NCBI GenBank assembly: GCA_049675585.1
Contig: JBAUAJ010000126.1
Location: 1,554-65,553 of the forward strand
Length of the DNA: 64,000 nucleotides
Reading direction: 5' to 3'
Source of the DNA: Thermoplasmata archaeon
GTDB taxonomy: Archaea; Thermoplasmatota; Thermoplasmata; Lutacidiplasmatales; UBA184
Below the pieces are notes generated by a model, which saw only the letters and a program-made list of their open reading frames with translations, ran no database searches and was not told where the DNA came from. Below, in pieces: positions 9,738 to 19,934 of the stretch. Made by a program: the position numbers and the translations under genes. Positions within the stretch are counted from its first letter, which is position 1, and every line of letters begins with the position of its first letter.

Positions 9738-10017
9738 CGCTCCTGATTTGGCGGACTGGTTGATAAACCTCGGGCGATTTTATGACGGAGATATGCCATT
9801 CGGGCCACCGATTCTAGGTTCTAACCACGCTGAACATAACGCTCACTTCTTCCGTCGATCAGCATCCGTCCGCCGACCTGGGTCTAGGCAACATTCTAGG
9901 TTGCCCCCAAGTGTTAATTTGGCCCCGAAACCAGAGAAATCTACGAAATGGGCTAGTCCGGTACTGCCTCATTGTGATGATTTAGAGGGCGCCGCAATCG
10001 AAGGATAGAAAACAATG

Positions 10018-10035
10018 GTTCAATGCTCCTTGAAC
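10018..10035 (-). repeat. Intergenic palindrome site S2
   Basis: GTTCAA tgctcc TTGAAC, exact. It lies between the kelch gene start (9737) and the end of 10176..10739. Confidence 0.9.
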
Positions 10036-10175
10036 TTACCGCGAGGCAATGTTAGGGAAGTAGTCAGTTGGCTACCGACCCGCGCTCTCCGCGCTGGCTT
10101 TCCTCTCGACCGGCCCGCAAGCCAATAGTCCAAGGCGAGTTCCCAGGACTGCAGGTCGCCCAGGCCGCGTTATCT

Positions 10176-10739
10176 CTAGGCTGCCTGTTTGGAAACGGTG
10201 AGCCGTCCCAGGGGCTTGTACGTGAGGACCGCCACTCCGCTCTTGCCCATCAACGAATCGACAAGTTGAAACCGCTCGGGCGGGAAGCCGTCCTCGAATA
10301 GCCGCGCGCCCTTTCCCGCTACGATTGGGAAGATTGCGAGTCGCAACAGGTCGAGAACATTCGCTTTGATCAGTGACGAGACGAGCGTGGGGCTTCCGTG
10401 GACTCCGATGTTTCTGCCGGGCTGGTTCTTGAGGGCTAAGACGCCTTCGCGCAGATCGCCACCAAGGAGGTGCGCCTTCCCTTTCGTGGGCCAAGTGACC
10501 GATTTCAGGCTGTTTGACACGACATACTTTGGAACCCCGTTGATGTGGCTGGCAAATGGCTCGATGTCCGAGCCGGGCCAAAATCTGAGCCACTCCTCGT
10601 AGGTCTTCCGTCCCAGGAGCATCGCATCTTCACGAGCAATCTTTGAGGCGAAGTCTCCCTCGACCTGTTCATCTGAAAGTTCCATGATCGCCCCTTGAAC
10701 CTCGTCGAACTTCGCGACGCCGTCGAGCGTGAGGATCAT
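10176..10739 (-). CDS. Dihydrofolate-reductase-like (RibD C-terminal domain) family protein
   Basis: From ATG 10739: MILTLDGVAKF...MLLGRKTYEEW...IGVHGSPTLVSSL...RLAIFPIVAGKGARLF, the typical YwjB/RibD_C pattern. The upstream part of ORF 10176..11186 overlaps the next gene out of frame and is R/S/P-rich, so it was trimmed. Confidence 0.7.
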   Translation of the reverse strand: MILTLDGVAKFDEVQGAIMELSDEQVEGDFASKIAREDAMLLGRKTYEEWLRFWPGSDIEPFASHINGVPKYVVSNSLKSVTWPTKGKAHLLGGDLREGVLALKNQPGRNIGVHGSPTLVSSLIKANVLDLLRLAIFPIVAGKGARLFEDGFPPERFQLVDSLMGKSGVAVLTYKPLGRLTVSKQAA

Positions 10740-10809
10740 GTTGGCCACTACAGTTCTCGTCAAGGACCATCCCTCCCTTCTCTCAGGCGCTCGAACGATT
10801 GGGAGGGGC

Positions 10810-11913
10810 TCAGCGCGGGAGGGGCAGGCGCTTCCCGTCCACCTCGAACCCTGCGCCTGCGACGATGGCCCAGCCGAAGAGATTCGACTTGTTCTTCCCG
10901 CCGAGGAATTGATTCGATCCCACGGAAACCATGATGGCGCCGGCTTCCAGATCCTCGACCTGCGGCGTGTTGTGTAGCATCGGATTGAGACCGATTCCCA
11001 GCTGTCCCGGCTGGTCCCGGCCCTTGCCACCCTTCTTGAAATCTGCCTCGAATTTGTCCCCGCCGGACCCAAAGGTTGCGCTGGTGAGACGTCCGTTCGC
11101 GAACTCGAAGCGAGGCTCTGTGGCCACTCGATCATCGTAGTAGTTCGTCCGGTTTCCCACCAGGACCCCGTCGGCGATGGATTCATTCAAGGCGACCCGC
11201 ACCGATCCCGCAGGTAGGGTCGTTAACATCCGGAATGGGAGCTTGAGGTCGGCCTCGCTCAAACGGCCCGTGTTCGCTACAGGGTTCCGACCGGATAGTC
11301 CCAGGGTGAGGTCGGTCCCGTTGTCGTGAGTGATGTGGATCCGCTTGCCTGACTTCAACGCCTTGACTATTGGCGCTGCGGTCCTAGCCAGAGTCGCTGG
11401 GTCCACCATCGTTCCCTCGAGGATGTCGTGCGTCCAACCTTCGAGGTCTACCCCGTAGGCTTTGGCGAGGCTCGGGTACGCTCGCCCCAGCTCCAGCCGC
11501 GCTCCGCGCAATCCCGCCTTCATGGCCGTGCCGTACCATGATTCGTTCCACGTAAACAGCTGGTTCGACTCTTTCGTGGGCAACGCATTCAGACGCACCC
11601 TGTCGCCCGGGCCCCACATGTGAATGTAGACGTCGGTCTTTGCTAGGGACGCCCACTCATGCGCCGGCTTTTGGCCCAGTAACTTCGCTCCGCCGCTTTC
11701 GACGGTGTCCCAGTAGGCGTTCTCGTCTTCGTAGTGGATAACCGGGAGGGCCTTCATCCGACGAACTTCCCGGGCCAATGCGACCGCCCATGGAAGGGTA
11801 TGCGTCCACGCCTCGATGGTGACATTTTCTCCGGGCTTCACCTGGAGATTGTTGCGGAGAATCGATCGCGCGAGCCTGGAACGGGCATCCGATGCGGGGG
11901 GGGTCTTCGCCAT
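10810..11913 (-). CDS. Peptidase M29 (aminopeptidase T/AmpS-like) family protein
   Basis: 367 aa. The N-terminal pattern ARSILRNNLQVKPGENVTIEAW...ALAREVRRMKALPVIHYED and the overall length fit COG2309/M29. It is a paralog of 53134..54231. Confidence 0.75.
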   Translation of the reverse strand: MAKTPPASDARSRLARSILRNNLQVKPGENVTIEAWTHTLPWAVALAREVRRMKALPVIHYEDENAYWDTVESGGAKLLGQKPAHEWASLAKTDVYIHMWGPGDRVRLNALPTKESNQLFTWNESWYGTAMKAGLRGARLELGRAYPSLAKAYGVDLEGWTHDILEGTMVDPATLARTAAPIVKALKSGKRIHITHDNGTDLTLGLSGRNPVANTGRLSEADLKLPFRMLTTLPAGSVRVALNESIADGVLVGNRTNYYDDRVATEPRFEFANGRLTSATFGSGGDKFEADFKKGGKGRDQPGQLGIGLNPMLHNTPQVEDLEAGAIMVSVGSNQFLGGKNKSNLFGWAIVAGAGFEVDGKRLPLPR

Positions 11914-12251
11914 CGGACCCCAAGAGCCAGAACTGTACTTATCCTTCGACTCCTGCCCGGGATGTCTGGGTTATGGTCGTGATTCTGCGGACCTGAGGAG
12001 AGATGTCGGTTCGCGCTCCTTGACCCCACACTGGGACGTCGATAGAGAAGGGTGACCCTTTCCCACTCGAGGCGGCGGGAGGACCCCCGTACCAACCGCC
12101 TCAATATCAACGAGCAGAATACTTCCGAGTGCGTGATTACCCTCCTGAATGTAGACATTTCCTCGCCTGAATCGGAGGGAAGTTTACCACGTCGGCCTCC
12201 CCGACGGTGTACCGGTCCTCCGCCACGTGCTGATACTTCGGGGGAGAGCTC

Positions 12252-13676
12252 GTGATGGAGAACGCGCCACCTACGGCTTCTAGCCAGACTTTGTTCTTGG
12301 ACGAGCCAGAGGGCGCGCTGTTCCCGAAGGTAAGCTGGCTTACGCCCCGGCGGCTGGCGCTGTTCCTTCTCTTTTGGATTACAATCTTCTTCGCGGGAAG
12401 TATCTTCGTCAACAATCCGTTCACAGGGTTCGGCAACTCTTCGAACTGGAACCCCGGGTTCGGGTCGCCCAACTACTACTGGCTGGTGATGTACCTCCAC
12501 GGACTCAATACAGGGCTCGTGGGGCTCGCTGCGCTCGTTGCGTGCGACGTCTTCGAACTACCTTCCGTCCACGTTCGGAAGGGGATCCTGGCTGGGGTGC
12601 TCATCGCAGGCGTCCTCTCGCCCATCGGCGCACTCTTCAACACCTCCTCTCCGTGGACGAACGCCGGACTATGGGTCCAGATCGTCGCGTTCTTGGCGCT
12701 CGATGAAATCTGTATCCTATTCTTGTGGGGGATGCTGTCGGTTTGGAGGGATGGCGCTCCTCGGAGTCGGACGTTTCCGTTCATCACGGCCACGATCACT
12801 GGCGTGGCCATGCTTTTTGCTGCCCTGATGGGGCACCTGGCCGGTGTGATTCTGGGGTTCGGGGACAATCCGTCCCTCCTGGGCCAGTACGCCTCTCTGG
12901 AAATGGGAGAGTCGCTCAATCAATGGGCTCAAAGTCTCATCGGCGCGCATTCCTATCTCATGATCACGGCAGTTCCTGCCGGGATCATGTCGCTCGTCGC
13001 CGTCCGGTTCGGTTACTATCGACTCACGGGCCTAACGAAGGTGCTGGCCCAGATTGGGTTCGCCCTGGTGTGCATCGACCTTGTGGTTCAGACGGGGATG
13101 TCACTCCTTCTCGGATTCTCGAACTGGCCAGGGAGCCTCCCGCCGCAGATCTCGGCACTTCCGGGATTTCCGAGCTTCCTGGCCGTGAACGACCTGAGCA
13201 ATTTTGTCTTTCTAATCGTCGGAGGGTTGCTCCTGCTCGGCACCCTAATCATTGGCACTGGCCGAGTTCATGGATGGGGAAGTCGTGCGGGGCTGCCTCT
13301 CCGGGCGCTCCCGTTGCTGATGCTGGTCATCTTCACCGTCCTTACATTCTTCACAGAGCCCACGAATGGCACTCTAGCCGGCACAGCTCCACAGGCTTGG
13401 CTTCGCTTGTTCGTCGCCTTCTACCTCACGATGCTCGTGTCACTCGCTGTCCTCCTCACGGATCGCCTCTTGGGGGAGAGTCAGCGTCTCAGGATTGGGT
13501 GGGCTACGACTGGCGGCTCTCTTCTGACCTTCGCCGGCGCATTGGTGTACGTTCTGGCAACGTCCCCCGCCGGGGGACTCCTCGCAGCGGCCGGCATCGT
13601 AGTTCTAGGGGCTTCGTTCGTTACGACGTCCTGGTGGGGTTTCTACAAGATACCCGGGGAATCGCAGCCGGCGTGA
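12252..13676 (+). CDS. Polytopic (about 12 TM) membrane protein of unknown function
   Basis: 474-aa ORF, hydrophobic throughout, with conserved-looking His in helices (YLHGLNTG, LMGHLAGV, GAHSYLM). No family recognised. Confidence 0.7.
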   Translation: MMENAPPTASSQTLFLDEPEGALFPKVSWLTPRRLALFLLFWITIFFAGSIFVNNPFTGFGNSSNWNPGFGSPNYYWLVMYLHGLNTGLVGLAALVACDVFELPSVHVRKGILAGVLIAGVLSPIGALFNTSSPWTNAGLWVQIVAFLALDEICILFLWGMLSVWRDGAPRSRTFPFITATITGVAMLFAALMGHLAGVILGFGDNPSLLGQYASLEMGESLNQWAQSLIGAHSYLMITAVPAGIMSLVAVRFGYYRLTGLTKVLAQIGFALVCIDLVVQTGMSLLLGFSNWPGSLPPQISALPGFPSFLAVNDLSNFVFLIVGGLLLLGTLIIGTGRVHGWGSRAGLPLRALPLLMLVIFTVLTFFTEPTNGTLAGTAPQAWLRLFVAFYLTMLVSLAVLLTDRLLGESQRLRIGWATTGGSLLTFAGALVYVLATSPAGGLLAAAGIVVLGASFVTTSWWGFYKIPGESQPA

Positions 13677-13921
13677 GCCGGATGCCCGGAGGGCTTGCTG
13701 GCCACTGGGAGCAAGGCGAGAGTCAGAACCCCCTGCACTGTTTCCGCACTTGAGGGCTTTTCTCTCTATGAGGACGCCGACGGGATTACGACCGTAGACC
13801 AAAGGCCGACGGAGCTGGGTTGTCCCCGGGACGAGTCCACCCGTGACCTCGGGGGCGGATCGAAGGGACGGCTTAAGAAACGAGTTCTAGGGATCCGAAA
13901 AGTTAGCAGCTCCGCAGGTGG

Positions 13922-13939
13922 GTTCAACGCTCCTTGCGC
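13922..13939 (-). repeat. Intergenic palindrome site S3 (degenerate)
   Basis: GTTCAA cgctcc TTGCGC (2 mismatches). The flanks and spacer closely resemble S2/S6 (minus-strand reading: ctgtGCGCAAggagcgTTGAACcc). Confidence 0.6.
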
Positions 13940-14041
13940 ACAGGAGATGATTCGCCCCCGGTTTAATATGAATTAAGCACGTGCCATCCTTCTGGACTGG
14001 CTCCCGTACGCGACTCCTAGTTCGCCCGGTGCCGCCAGTGC

Positions 14042-14371
14042 TCAGCGTCGACGTGAGAGCATTGATTTTGTAACGATTTGTCCGCGCGGAGGAGTCAGGT
14101 GGTGTAGATCCGAATAGACCGTATCCCGATGGCCAAAGACAATCATCACTACCTCACTCCCGTCAATCGCATAGATCCCCCGATAGGGCGTAACTCGCAG
14201 TGTCCAGACGTTCCTGTAGCCGTAGAGTTGGTGGACGTCGAGACCGGGAATCCCACCGTGCGGATTCTGTTCCAAAATGTCAAAGAGCCTGTCGAATCGC
14301 GTCTGGGCCGAGCGCGGTAAGGTGGGAAAACTCTGATCGGCCGTGGGCGCGAAGGTGAGCAGAAATCTCAT
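14042..14371 (-). CDS. RelE/ParE-family type II toxin
   Basis: 109 aa with WTLRVTPYRGIYAIDGSEVVMIVFGHRDTVY, the RelE/ParE core. It overlaps the upstream antitoxin by 4 nt. Confidence 0.8.
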   Translation of the reverse strand: MRFLLTFAPTADQSFPTLPRSAQTRFDRLFDILEQNPHGGIPGLDVHQLYGYRNVWTLRVTPYRGIYAIDGSEVVMIVFGHRDTVYSDLHHLTPPRGQIVTKSMLSRRR

Positions 14372-14595
14372 CGGCCCGGCAGCCGATGCCGCTTCCTGAA
14401 CTCATCCAAGTTGAGCCGGGGTTTCAGTTTTAGGGCCTGATGCAAGTCCCGACGGAAATAGTCGGGCGGAACTTCGTCCATGAGGTCTGCAATAGCGTCG
14501 GCCACACTCTTGCCGCCGACTTGGTAATCGCGCAGTCGCCGGCGAAGCGAGGACGGGAGGGTCACGGTGGTTGGCGGATCGATTCCTGCCTGCAC
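14368..14595 (-). CDS. Antitoxin (DUF217/VapB-like family) of the RelE/ParE pair
   Basis: 75 aa with a GTG start. It has TTVTLPSSLRRRL....SVADAIADLMDEVPP, which is shared with the antitoxins at 22285 and 36235. Confidence 0.7.
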   Translation of the reverse strand: MQAGIDPPTTVTLPSSLRRRLRDYQVGGKSVADAIADLMDEVPPDYFRRDLHQALKLKPRLNLDEFRKRHRLPGR

Positions 14596-14805
14596 GCCCG
14601 TCCTATTAATTCAGTAGAACTAATAGTTTTCGAGGAAAATGAAAAATGGGGTGGGTTCAGGCACCTCCGAGCCGCGTCAATCTGAGATTGGAGGCCGCCC
14701 TTCACTCACATACCTGAAGCGGGAAACGAAAGTGAAGTACGAGCGGTTGTCTTTGTGTCCATTGCCGTAAAGCGGTCGATAGACGGTCTGCTCGAGCCTC
14801 AGTGG

Positions 14806-14823
14806 GTTCAAGCTCGACTGAAC
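14806..14823 (-). repeat. Intergenic palindrome site S4
   Basis: GTTCAA gctcga CTGAAC (1 mismatch). The minus strand reads GTTCAG tcgagc TTGAACcc. It lies between the TA operon start and the GNAT gene end. Confidence 0.75.
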
Positions 14824-14887
14824 AGAACGAAAGGCTCGTGTCTCCGAGTGTTTATTCGAGTTCGCACGCACTTTGGTTAGGCTGCCT

Positions 14888-15484
14888 TCAGCCCTGCCTC
14901 GATCCAACTGCCGCGCTCTGTCGAGGTTTCGGATTCTGCTCCCCCACCCTGAACTCGAAGTATAAGGCCCCAGGGGCCGGGTGGGGCCAATAAGCGGGAA
15001 TAGGAACGAACCCCATTTCTTGATAGAACTGAATCGCGCCAGCCATCGTTGAGAGAGTGTCAAGCCGAACTCGTTCGTACCCGAGGGCGCGGGCCCGACG
15101 GAGTAGCGCGCCGGTCATGCGGGGCCCGAATCCGGGTCCTCGATGGTCTGCCCGAACGTAGATCCGCTTGATCTCGCCCACCCTCGGTTTCATTTCCCGC
15201 AGAGCTCCGCATGCCACTATGGCCTTCCGTGAGAATGCGAGAATGACTTCTCCGCGGGGTCGACCGTAGGCTCCTGGCAGCTCGGCGATCTGCTTGTCAA
15301 TCAGTTCGAGTCCCACCTTCACATTCGTCCCCGCGGAAGCGTCGGTATCTCGGTGGTCCGCGAGCCATTGCCGGTAGTCCTGAAAGAGTCGGCGGACGGT
15401 TTCGAGGTCCTGTGACCAGTTCACGCGTCGAAGCGTTGTGCTGGGGTGCGTATCCGGATTGTGGCGCGTTCGAACCGTCGTCAT
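14888..15484 (-). CDS. GNAT-family N-acetyltransferase
   Basis: From ATG 15484. It has the acetyl-CoA binding pattern RIYVRADHRGPGFGPRMTGALLRRARALGYERVRLDT and ...AIQFYQEMGF. Confidence 0.75.
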   Translation of the reverse strand: MTTVRTRHNPDTHPSTTLRRVNWSQDLETVRRLFQDYRQWLADHRDTDASAGTNVKVGLELIDKQIAELPGAYGRPRGEVILAFSRKAIVACGALREMKPRVGEIKRIYVRADHRGPGFGPRMTGALLRRARALGYERVRLDTLSTMAGAIQFYQEMGFVPIPAYWPHPAPGALYFEFRVGEQNPKPRQSAAVGSRQG

Positions 15485-15567
15485 TCTGCTCGACCTTGAC
15501 ACAGGACTTAGTCTAAGAAAAGACTGGGTCCCCCCTCGCATCTACCGGGTCGCCGTGAATCTTATGG

Positions 15568-15585
15568 GCTCAATTCAGCTTGAAC
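15568..15585 (-). repeat. Intergenic palindrome site S5
   Basis: GCTCAA ttcagc TTGAAC (1 mismatch). The minus strand reads tgtGTTCAA gctgaa TTGAGCcc. It sits in the divergent gap 15484-15661. Confidence 0.75.
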
Positions 15586-15660
15586 ACATTCTGCCGTCCG
15601 GGAGCTTTGTTTAAGCGATGAAAGCCGTCATGGTCGAGTGGAGGAGGGACTCCACCTACC

Positions 15661-16563
15661 GTGAGCGCTACCCCGCCGACGGGCTCCCCGCCCCGGACTC
15701 GTTTTTGGAGCCGTACCCTCGCCATCGAGATCGCCGTGCTCCTCGCGATCCCGCTCGTGCTCGGGGCGACCCTAGGGTTCTTCGAAATCAACCCCGTGGA
15801 GTCCGAAGACCTTACTCCGGTTGGATACGACGCGCACCTGTTGCTGAATTCGTTCCCGGACGACAGCCTGGTGGTGGAGTTCGCCTACGAGTCGAACGTG
15901 GGCCCACCCCCGAATTCGGCAGTCGCCGTCCTCCTCGACCGGATCAATGAAACCTGCCAGAAGGCGAGCGTCACGGTAGATGAGCATGAGTTCACCTCCG
16001 ACCAATCGACTTTCAGCGACGCACAACTTTGGAACCTCGAGCTGGCCCAGCGGCAACACTGGCCGTTCTGGGGCACTATGTCGCTCTTTTACCTCTACCT
16101 TGGAGGCTCGTACGGCCCCGATTCGTCGGTGATCGGGCTCGCCTACCGTGGCAGCTCGATCGCCATCTTCGAGGGGACTATCGACTCCGACAGCTCGCTC
16201 TTGTCCAACACGGCGGCGTACACCACGACCGTCCTAGTGCATGAGTTCGGCCACGAACTCGGGCTTGTCGGGATTATCGGGAACGCCCCGAACGAGGACC
16301 ACGCGCACCCGCCCCACTCGACCGACCCGAACGACGTGATGTATTGGGAAGTCGACACGACTGCGATCAGCGTGCTTGGCCCCTCCCCCCCGACCCAGTT
16401 CGATTCGGCCGACCTGAGCGATCTAGCGACAGTGCGCGCGACCCCGATTTGGACGGAGCTCCTCCCATGGGCAGTCCTTGCCGTGTGTGTGGCCGCGGCC
16501 GCACTCCTCCTCTGGTCTGTTCGGCAAGAACGTCGCCGAGCCCCGACGGCTCGCCCCAAGTGA
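15661..16563 (+). CDS. Membrane-anchored zinc metalloprotease (HExxH)
   Basis: 300 aa with a GTG start, an N-terminal TM, the motif VLVHEFGHELGL followed by HAHPPHSTDPNDVMY (metzincin-like), and a C-terminal TM. Confidence 0.7.
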   Translation: MSATPPTGSPPRTRFWSRTLAIEIAVLLAIPLVLGATLGFFEINPVESEDLTPVGYDAHLLLNSFPDDSLVVEFAYESNVGPPPNSAVAVLLDRINETCQKASVTVDEHEFTSDQSTFSDAQLWNLELAQRQHWPFWGTMSLFYLYLGGSYGPDSSVIGLAYRGSSIAIFEGTIDSDSSLLSNTAAYTTTVLVHEFGHELGLVGIIGNAPNEDHAHPPHSTDPNDVMYWEVDTTAISVLGPSPPTQFDSADLSDLATVRATPIWTELLPWAVLAVCVAAAALLLWSVRQERRRAPTARPK

Positions 16564-16700
16564 GCCGCACTGTTCAGTTGGAGGATTCGAACGACTCCCC
16601 GAGGTCCCGATCAGGGGGGCCCCACAGCAGACATTTTCTCCACAGCCTAAATTTGATGTGGGACGTGCGCCTCGCTAGTCAGGCCCCTTAGCGGTTCACC

Positions 16701-17252
16701 ATGAAGGTCGTCTCTCTCAACGTGGGACTTCCCGCGAACTTGACTTGGCAGGGACGGACCATCCTAACGGGATTCCGAAAGGAGCCGGTCAGGGGCCCGG
16801 TCGAGTTCCGAGGCGTGAACCTCATCGGAGATGCGCAGGCGGACCGCGCGGTCCACGGGGGCGCCCGAAAGTCCGTCTACGTCTACCCTTCGGAGCACTA
16901 CCCTGTGTGGAAGGCGGAGCTGACCGTGACCGAACTACCCTGGGGGTCCTTTGGCGAGAACCTGACTACGGTCGGATGGTTGGAAACCGACACGCGACTC
17001 GGAGATCGAGTCCGCATTGGGACGGCCGAGTTCGAGGTTATCTCCCCGCGCAAGCCCTGCCACAAGATGGAGGCGGCTTTTCGGCGAACGGACATGATCC
17101 GGAGGTTCCATCGGTCTCGCCGCTCGGGGTTCTACCTGGGAGGGATCAAGCCGGGAGTGCTCCGTGCGGGGGACTCCGTCGAGCTACTTTCGACTCCCAC
17201 GGGCTCTCCCACGGTCGCGGAGGCCTATGCTGGCTATGCCGGCGAGATCTAA
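16701..17252 (+). CDS. MOSC-domain protein (YiiM-like)
   Basis: 183 aa with GDAQADRAVHGGARKSVYVY...WGSFGENLT...GTAEFEVISPRKPCHKM, the typical MOSC signature including the conserved Cys. Confidence 0.8.
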   Translation: MKVVSLNVGLPANLTWQGRTILTGFRKEPVRGPVEFRGVNLIGDAQADRAVHGGARKSVYVYPSEHYPVWKAELTVTELPWGSFGENLTTVGWLETDTRLGDRVRIGTAEFEVISPRKPCHKMEAAFRRTDMIRRFHRSRRSGFYLGGIKPGVLRAGDSVELLSTPTGSPTVAEAYAGYAGEI

Positions 17253-17445
17253 CCCCCCTCGAGACCCAGCGAGCGGAGCAATTCTCGCGCCCGTTTGGTC
17301 GGCAATAGGCCCATTCCTAGAGCATCCGAGCCGAGTCGGCGAGCTGAGTCCAATTCATGTTGTTCGGATTTTTCGGCGGGCCACGTGTTCAAGCCCCGTC
17401 GTACCAGGTCCGACTGGCCCAATCGCGCGGGGCACCGTTGGACTC

Positions 17446-18333
17446 TCAGTTCGCCTTCTCGAAGAAATCCTTGAGCAGTGAAATATAACGATCCCTGATT
17501 TCGAAAAACGGCTGATGGCCCACTCCGCGTGCGACTTCCAATCGGGAGTGGGGAACCAACCGGTGGATCTCTCGAGCGCACGCGGGAGTAACATGGTCGA
17601 ACTGGCCCGACGTTATCAACATCGGCATCCGAAGTCGAGAGAGCTTCGGAGTGATGTCCCATCCGGCCATGGTTCCCTGTTGAAAACCTTCGTCGTAGAT
17701 TCGGGGTGCCCGGAATCCCATCGCATCGAGAACGCGTGGGTTTAGGTGCGCGAAAGACAACCAGACTTCGTACGGCCGGTTCACTGAATGCTCTGAAAAT
17801 CTCCTTCGGAACTCTTCGGCCGCTCGAGCGGAAGCCGCGGTTGAGACCCCTGTTCGCTCGAACCGAAGCCAAGCCCGCCGATTGGCAGGGGAAAGCTGAG
17901 ATACGCGGCGTCGGCGGGCTCGCCAGAGTGCCCGCATCGAAGCGAAACCGCTCGCCACCACGACCGACGTCCACGCACGCGGGTAACGAACCGCCGCCTC
18001 GAGGGCCAGGGCGCCTCCATAGCTATGACCATACAGGTGTACCCGGCCCAGTTTGAGTCGACGTCGGAGTACCTCGGCGTCATCAGCGTTCGCCGCGATT
18101 GTGTAGTCGCGATAAGTGATGGGTCGCTCCGAACGTCCGCAGCCCAACTGGTCATAGAAAATCAGCTCGAACCCGGCCCCGACCAGATCGGCCAACGGTG
18201 TCAGGTATTCGTGGGTTGAGCCGGGTCCACCGTGGAGAACGAGGACGGTTCCTCGAGCAGATCTCCCGACTCGTCGGTAGTAGAGTCGTTTACCTCGAAC
18301 GCGGGCGTATCCGTCCCGATCGGGAATTGGCAC
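17446..18333 (-). CDS. Proline iminopeptidase-type alpha/beta hydrolase
   Basis: It has LVLHGGPGSTHEY...YDQLGCGRS...LYGHSYGGALALE (GxSxG nucleophile elbow). The ORF-track start (18522) overlaps the upstream gene. GTG at 18333 gives ~295 aa, the usual size, but the start is uncertain. Confidence 0.75.
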   Translation of the reverse strand: MPIPDRDGYARVRGKRLYYRRVGRSARGTVLVLHGGPGSTHEYLTPLADLVGAGFELIFYDQLGCGRSERPITYRDYTIAANADDAEVLRRRLKLGRVHLYGHSYGGALALEAAVRYPRAWTSVVVASGFASMRALWRARRRRVSQLSPANRRAWLRFERTGVSTAASARAAEEFRRRFSEHSVNRPYEVWLSFAHLNPRVLDAMGFRAPRIYDEGFQQGTMAGWDITPKLSRLRMPMLITSGQFDHVTPACAREIHRLVPHSRLEVARGVGHQPFFEIRDRYISLLKDFFEKAN

Positions 18334-18409
18334 GTAGACCCGATTTGTAAGGGGTAGATACGAGCGTCGGCGAGAGCCTGACGAGAAGCGAAGCCAGGGA
18401 TTACTCGAC

Positions 18410-19708
18410 TCAAGTTTGACCGGGGGGAGCAGGTGGGACAGTGGTAAGTCCCGTCGCACCGTCTGGAGGGATTCCGCCTTTTCCCTTCTCCCGCTGGATA
18501 CGCATCCTGATCGCCCAAGCAACGCCGCACGCCGCGATGATCAACACAGCCAACAGAGCGAGTCCCTCTTCGAGAGAAAGGAACTGCGGATTCGATGGAC
18601 TCGGGGGGCCGTAGACCGCGGTCGCGTTGTTGGAGTTCTGATTCACCACAAACAACCGATCACTTTGATCGTCGAAGGCAATCGCCCCAGGTCCCGATCC
18701 TACGGGAACCTTCCCGACGACCGCTTCGTTCGCTCCGTTCACCACGGTGAGGTTGTCGGAAAAGAAGTTGGAAACGTAGATCTTACCGTTCGCGGAGTCC
18801 ACGCCGATACCACCGGGCCAGTCCCCCGCTGGAATCGTCGCGACGACCGTGTCCGAGCTCCCGCTGATCACGCTCACACTCCCGCTGCTCGATAGAGGGT
18901 TCTCGTTGGCAACGTAGACGTTGCCGTTCGAAGCGTCGAAGGCCACCGCGACTGGAGTGGTTCCCACGGGGACCGACTCTACGATCGACCCCGGCGCGCT
19001 TGTACCGTTGATGACCGTGACATTATCGGAATCCGCGTTGGTGACATAGAGATAGTCGTTCGCACTGTCGAAGGCGATCGCTTCGGGGCTGGAGCCGGCT
19101 GCGATCCAGCTCGACACGGTGTCCGTAGACGCATCGATCACCGATACATTGTCCGACCCAGTGTTGACGACGTAGACGCATTCGTCGGCAGTATCGTAAA
19201 CGACGTGCGTGGGGTACGCCCCGACCCCGATCGCGGTAACGAAGGCGTCGTTAGTGCCGTTTATGACTGTGACTTCGTTGGACCCCAGGTCCGCCACGTA
19301 GAGATACCCGTTCCTGCGGTCGTACCCCACGCCGATAGGCTCGGTGCCCGCGGGAACGGACGTCACCACGTGATAGGTCGTACCGTTGAATACCGTCGTA
19401 TTGTTTGAGCCCTCATTGATGACGTAGACGTTTCCATTCGCTGAGTCATACGCCACACCCTCGGGCGTGGATCCGACCGGGATCGAAGTCGAGCTGACCG
19501 CCGGAACATGGCCGTGCGTGCGAATCTCGATGCCCTCCCTGAAAGAGTCTCCACGCGGGTAGTAGGAGGCCTCCTGACGGGTTGGACCGCCGAACCGGCC
19601 TGCTCCGGCGAGCGGCGCTAGGAGCAGGAGGCAGATCGTGACGCTTCCGCAGATAACCCGCCAATCGCCCTTCACACTACGATACCTCCGTCGAGATTCC
19701 GACTTCAC
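18410..19708 (-). CDS. YVTN-family beta-propeller surface protein with C-terminal TM anchor
   Basis: 432 aa with a signal peptide. Seven repeats have the form P.G.A.D...G.VYV.N.GS.NV(T/S)VI. A C-terminal TM (LALLAVLIIAACGVAWAI) is followed by a basic tail. Confidence 0.85.
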   Translation of the reverse strand: MKSESRRRYRSVKGDWRVICGSVTICLLLLAPLAGAGRFGGPTRQEASYYPRGDSFREGIEIRTHGHVPAVSSTSIPVGSTPEGVAYDSANGNVYVINEGSNNTTVFNGTTYHVVTSVPAGTEPIGVGYDRRNGYLYVADLGSNEVTVINGTNDAFVTAIGVGAYPTHVVYDTADECVYVVNTGSDNVSVIDASTDTVSSWIAAGSSPEAIAFDSANDYLYVTNADSDNVTVINGTSAPGSIVESVPVGTTPVAVAFDASNGNVYVANENPLSSSGSVSVISGSSDTVVATIPAGDWPGGIGVDSANGKIYVSNFFSDNLTVVNGANEAVVGKVPVGSGPGAIAFDDQSDRLFVVNQNSNNATAVYGPPSPSNPQFLSLEEGLALLAVLIIAACGVAWAIRMRIQREKGKGGIPPDGATGLTTVPPAPPGQT

Positions 19709-19864
19709 CCTTGCCGCGCAGCTAGGAAGCTACGTTGTACACACGAGAGTTAAAGATTCTCCCGTAGGGCGGGCACGGCGAGCAAGTTGGGACACCGCCT
19801 GGTCGCACGACCTCGGAAATTCGAAGGCAGTCCCCGGTTCCATTTCGCTAGAACGCCCCGCTAC

Positions 19865-19882
19865 GTTCAACCCTCCTTGAAC
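19865..19882 (-). repeat. Intergenic palindrome site S6
   Basis: GTTCAA ccctcc TTGAAC, exact, 157 nt upstream of the 19708 start. The 3' flank AC is as in S1-S5. Confidence 0.9.
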
Positions 19883-19934
19883 ACAGGTGACGGAGGTTGC
19901 GTCCGTAGGAGCGCCCCCGCCCCTCAGGCTAGGT

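Noticed and set aside
10740-11186. N-terminal 149-aa extension of ORF 10176..11186.
   Set aside because: It overlaps the well-supported M29 peptidase gene in another frame and has R/S/P/W-rich composition. The DHFR-like domain starts at MILTLDG (ATG 10739).
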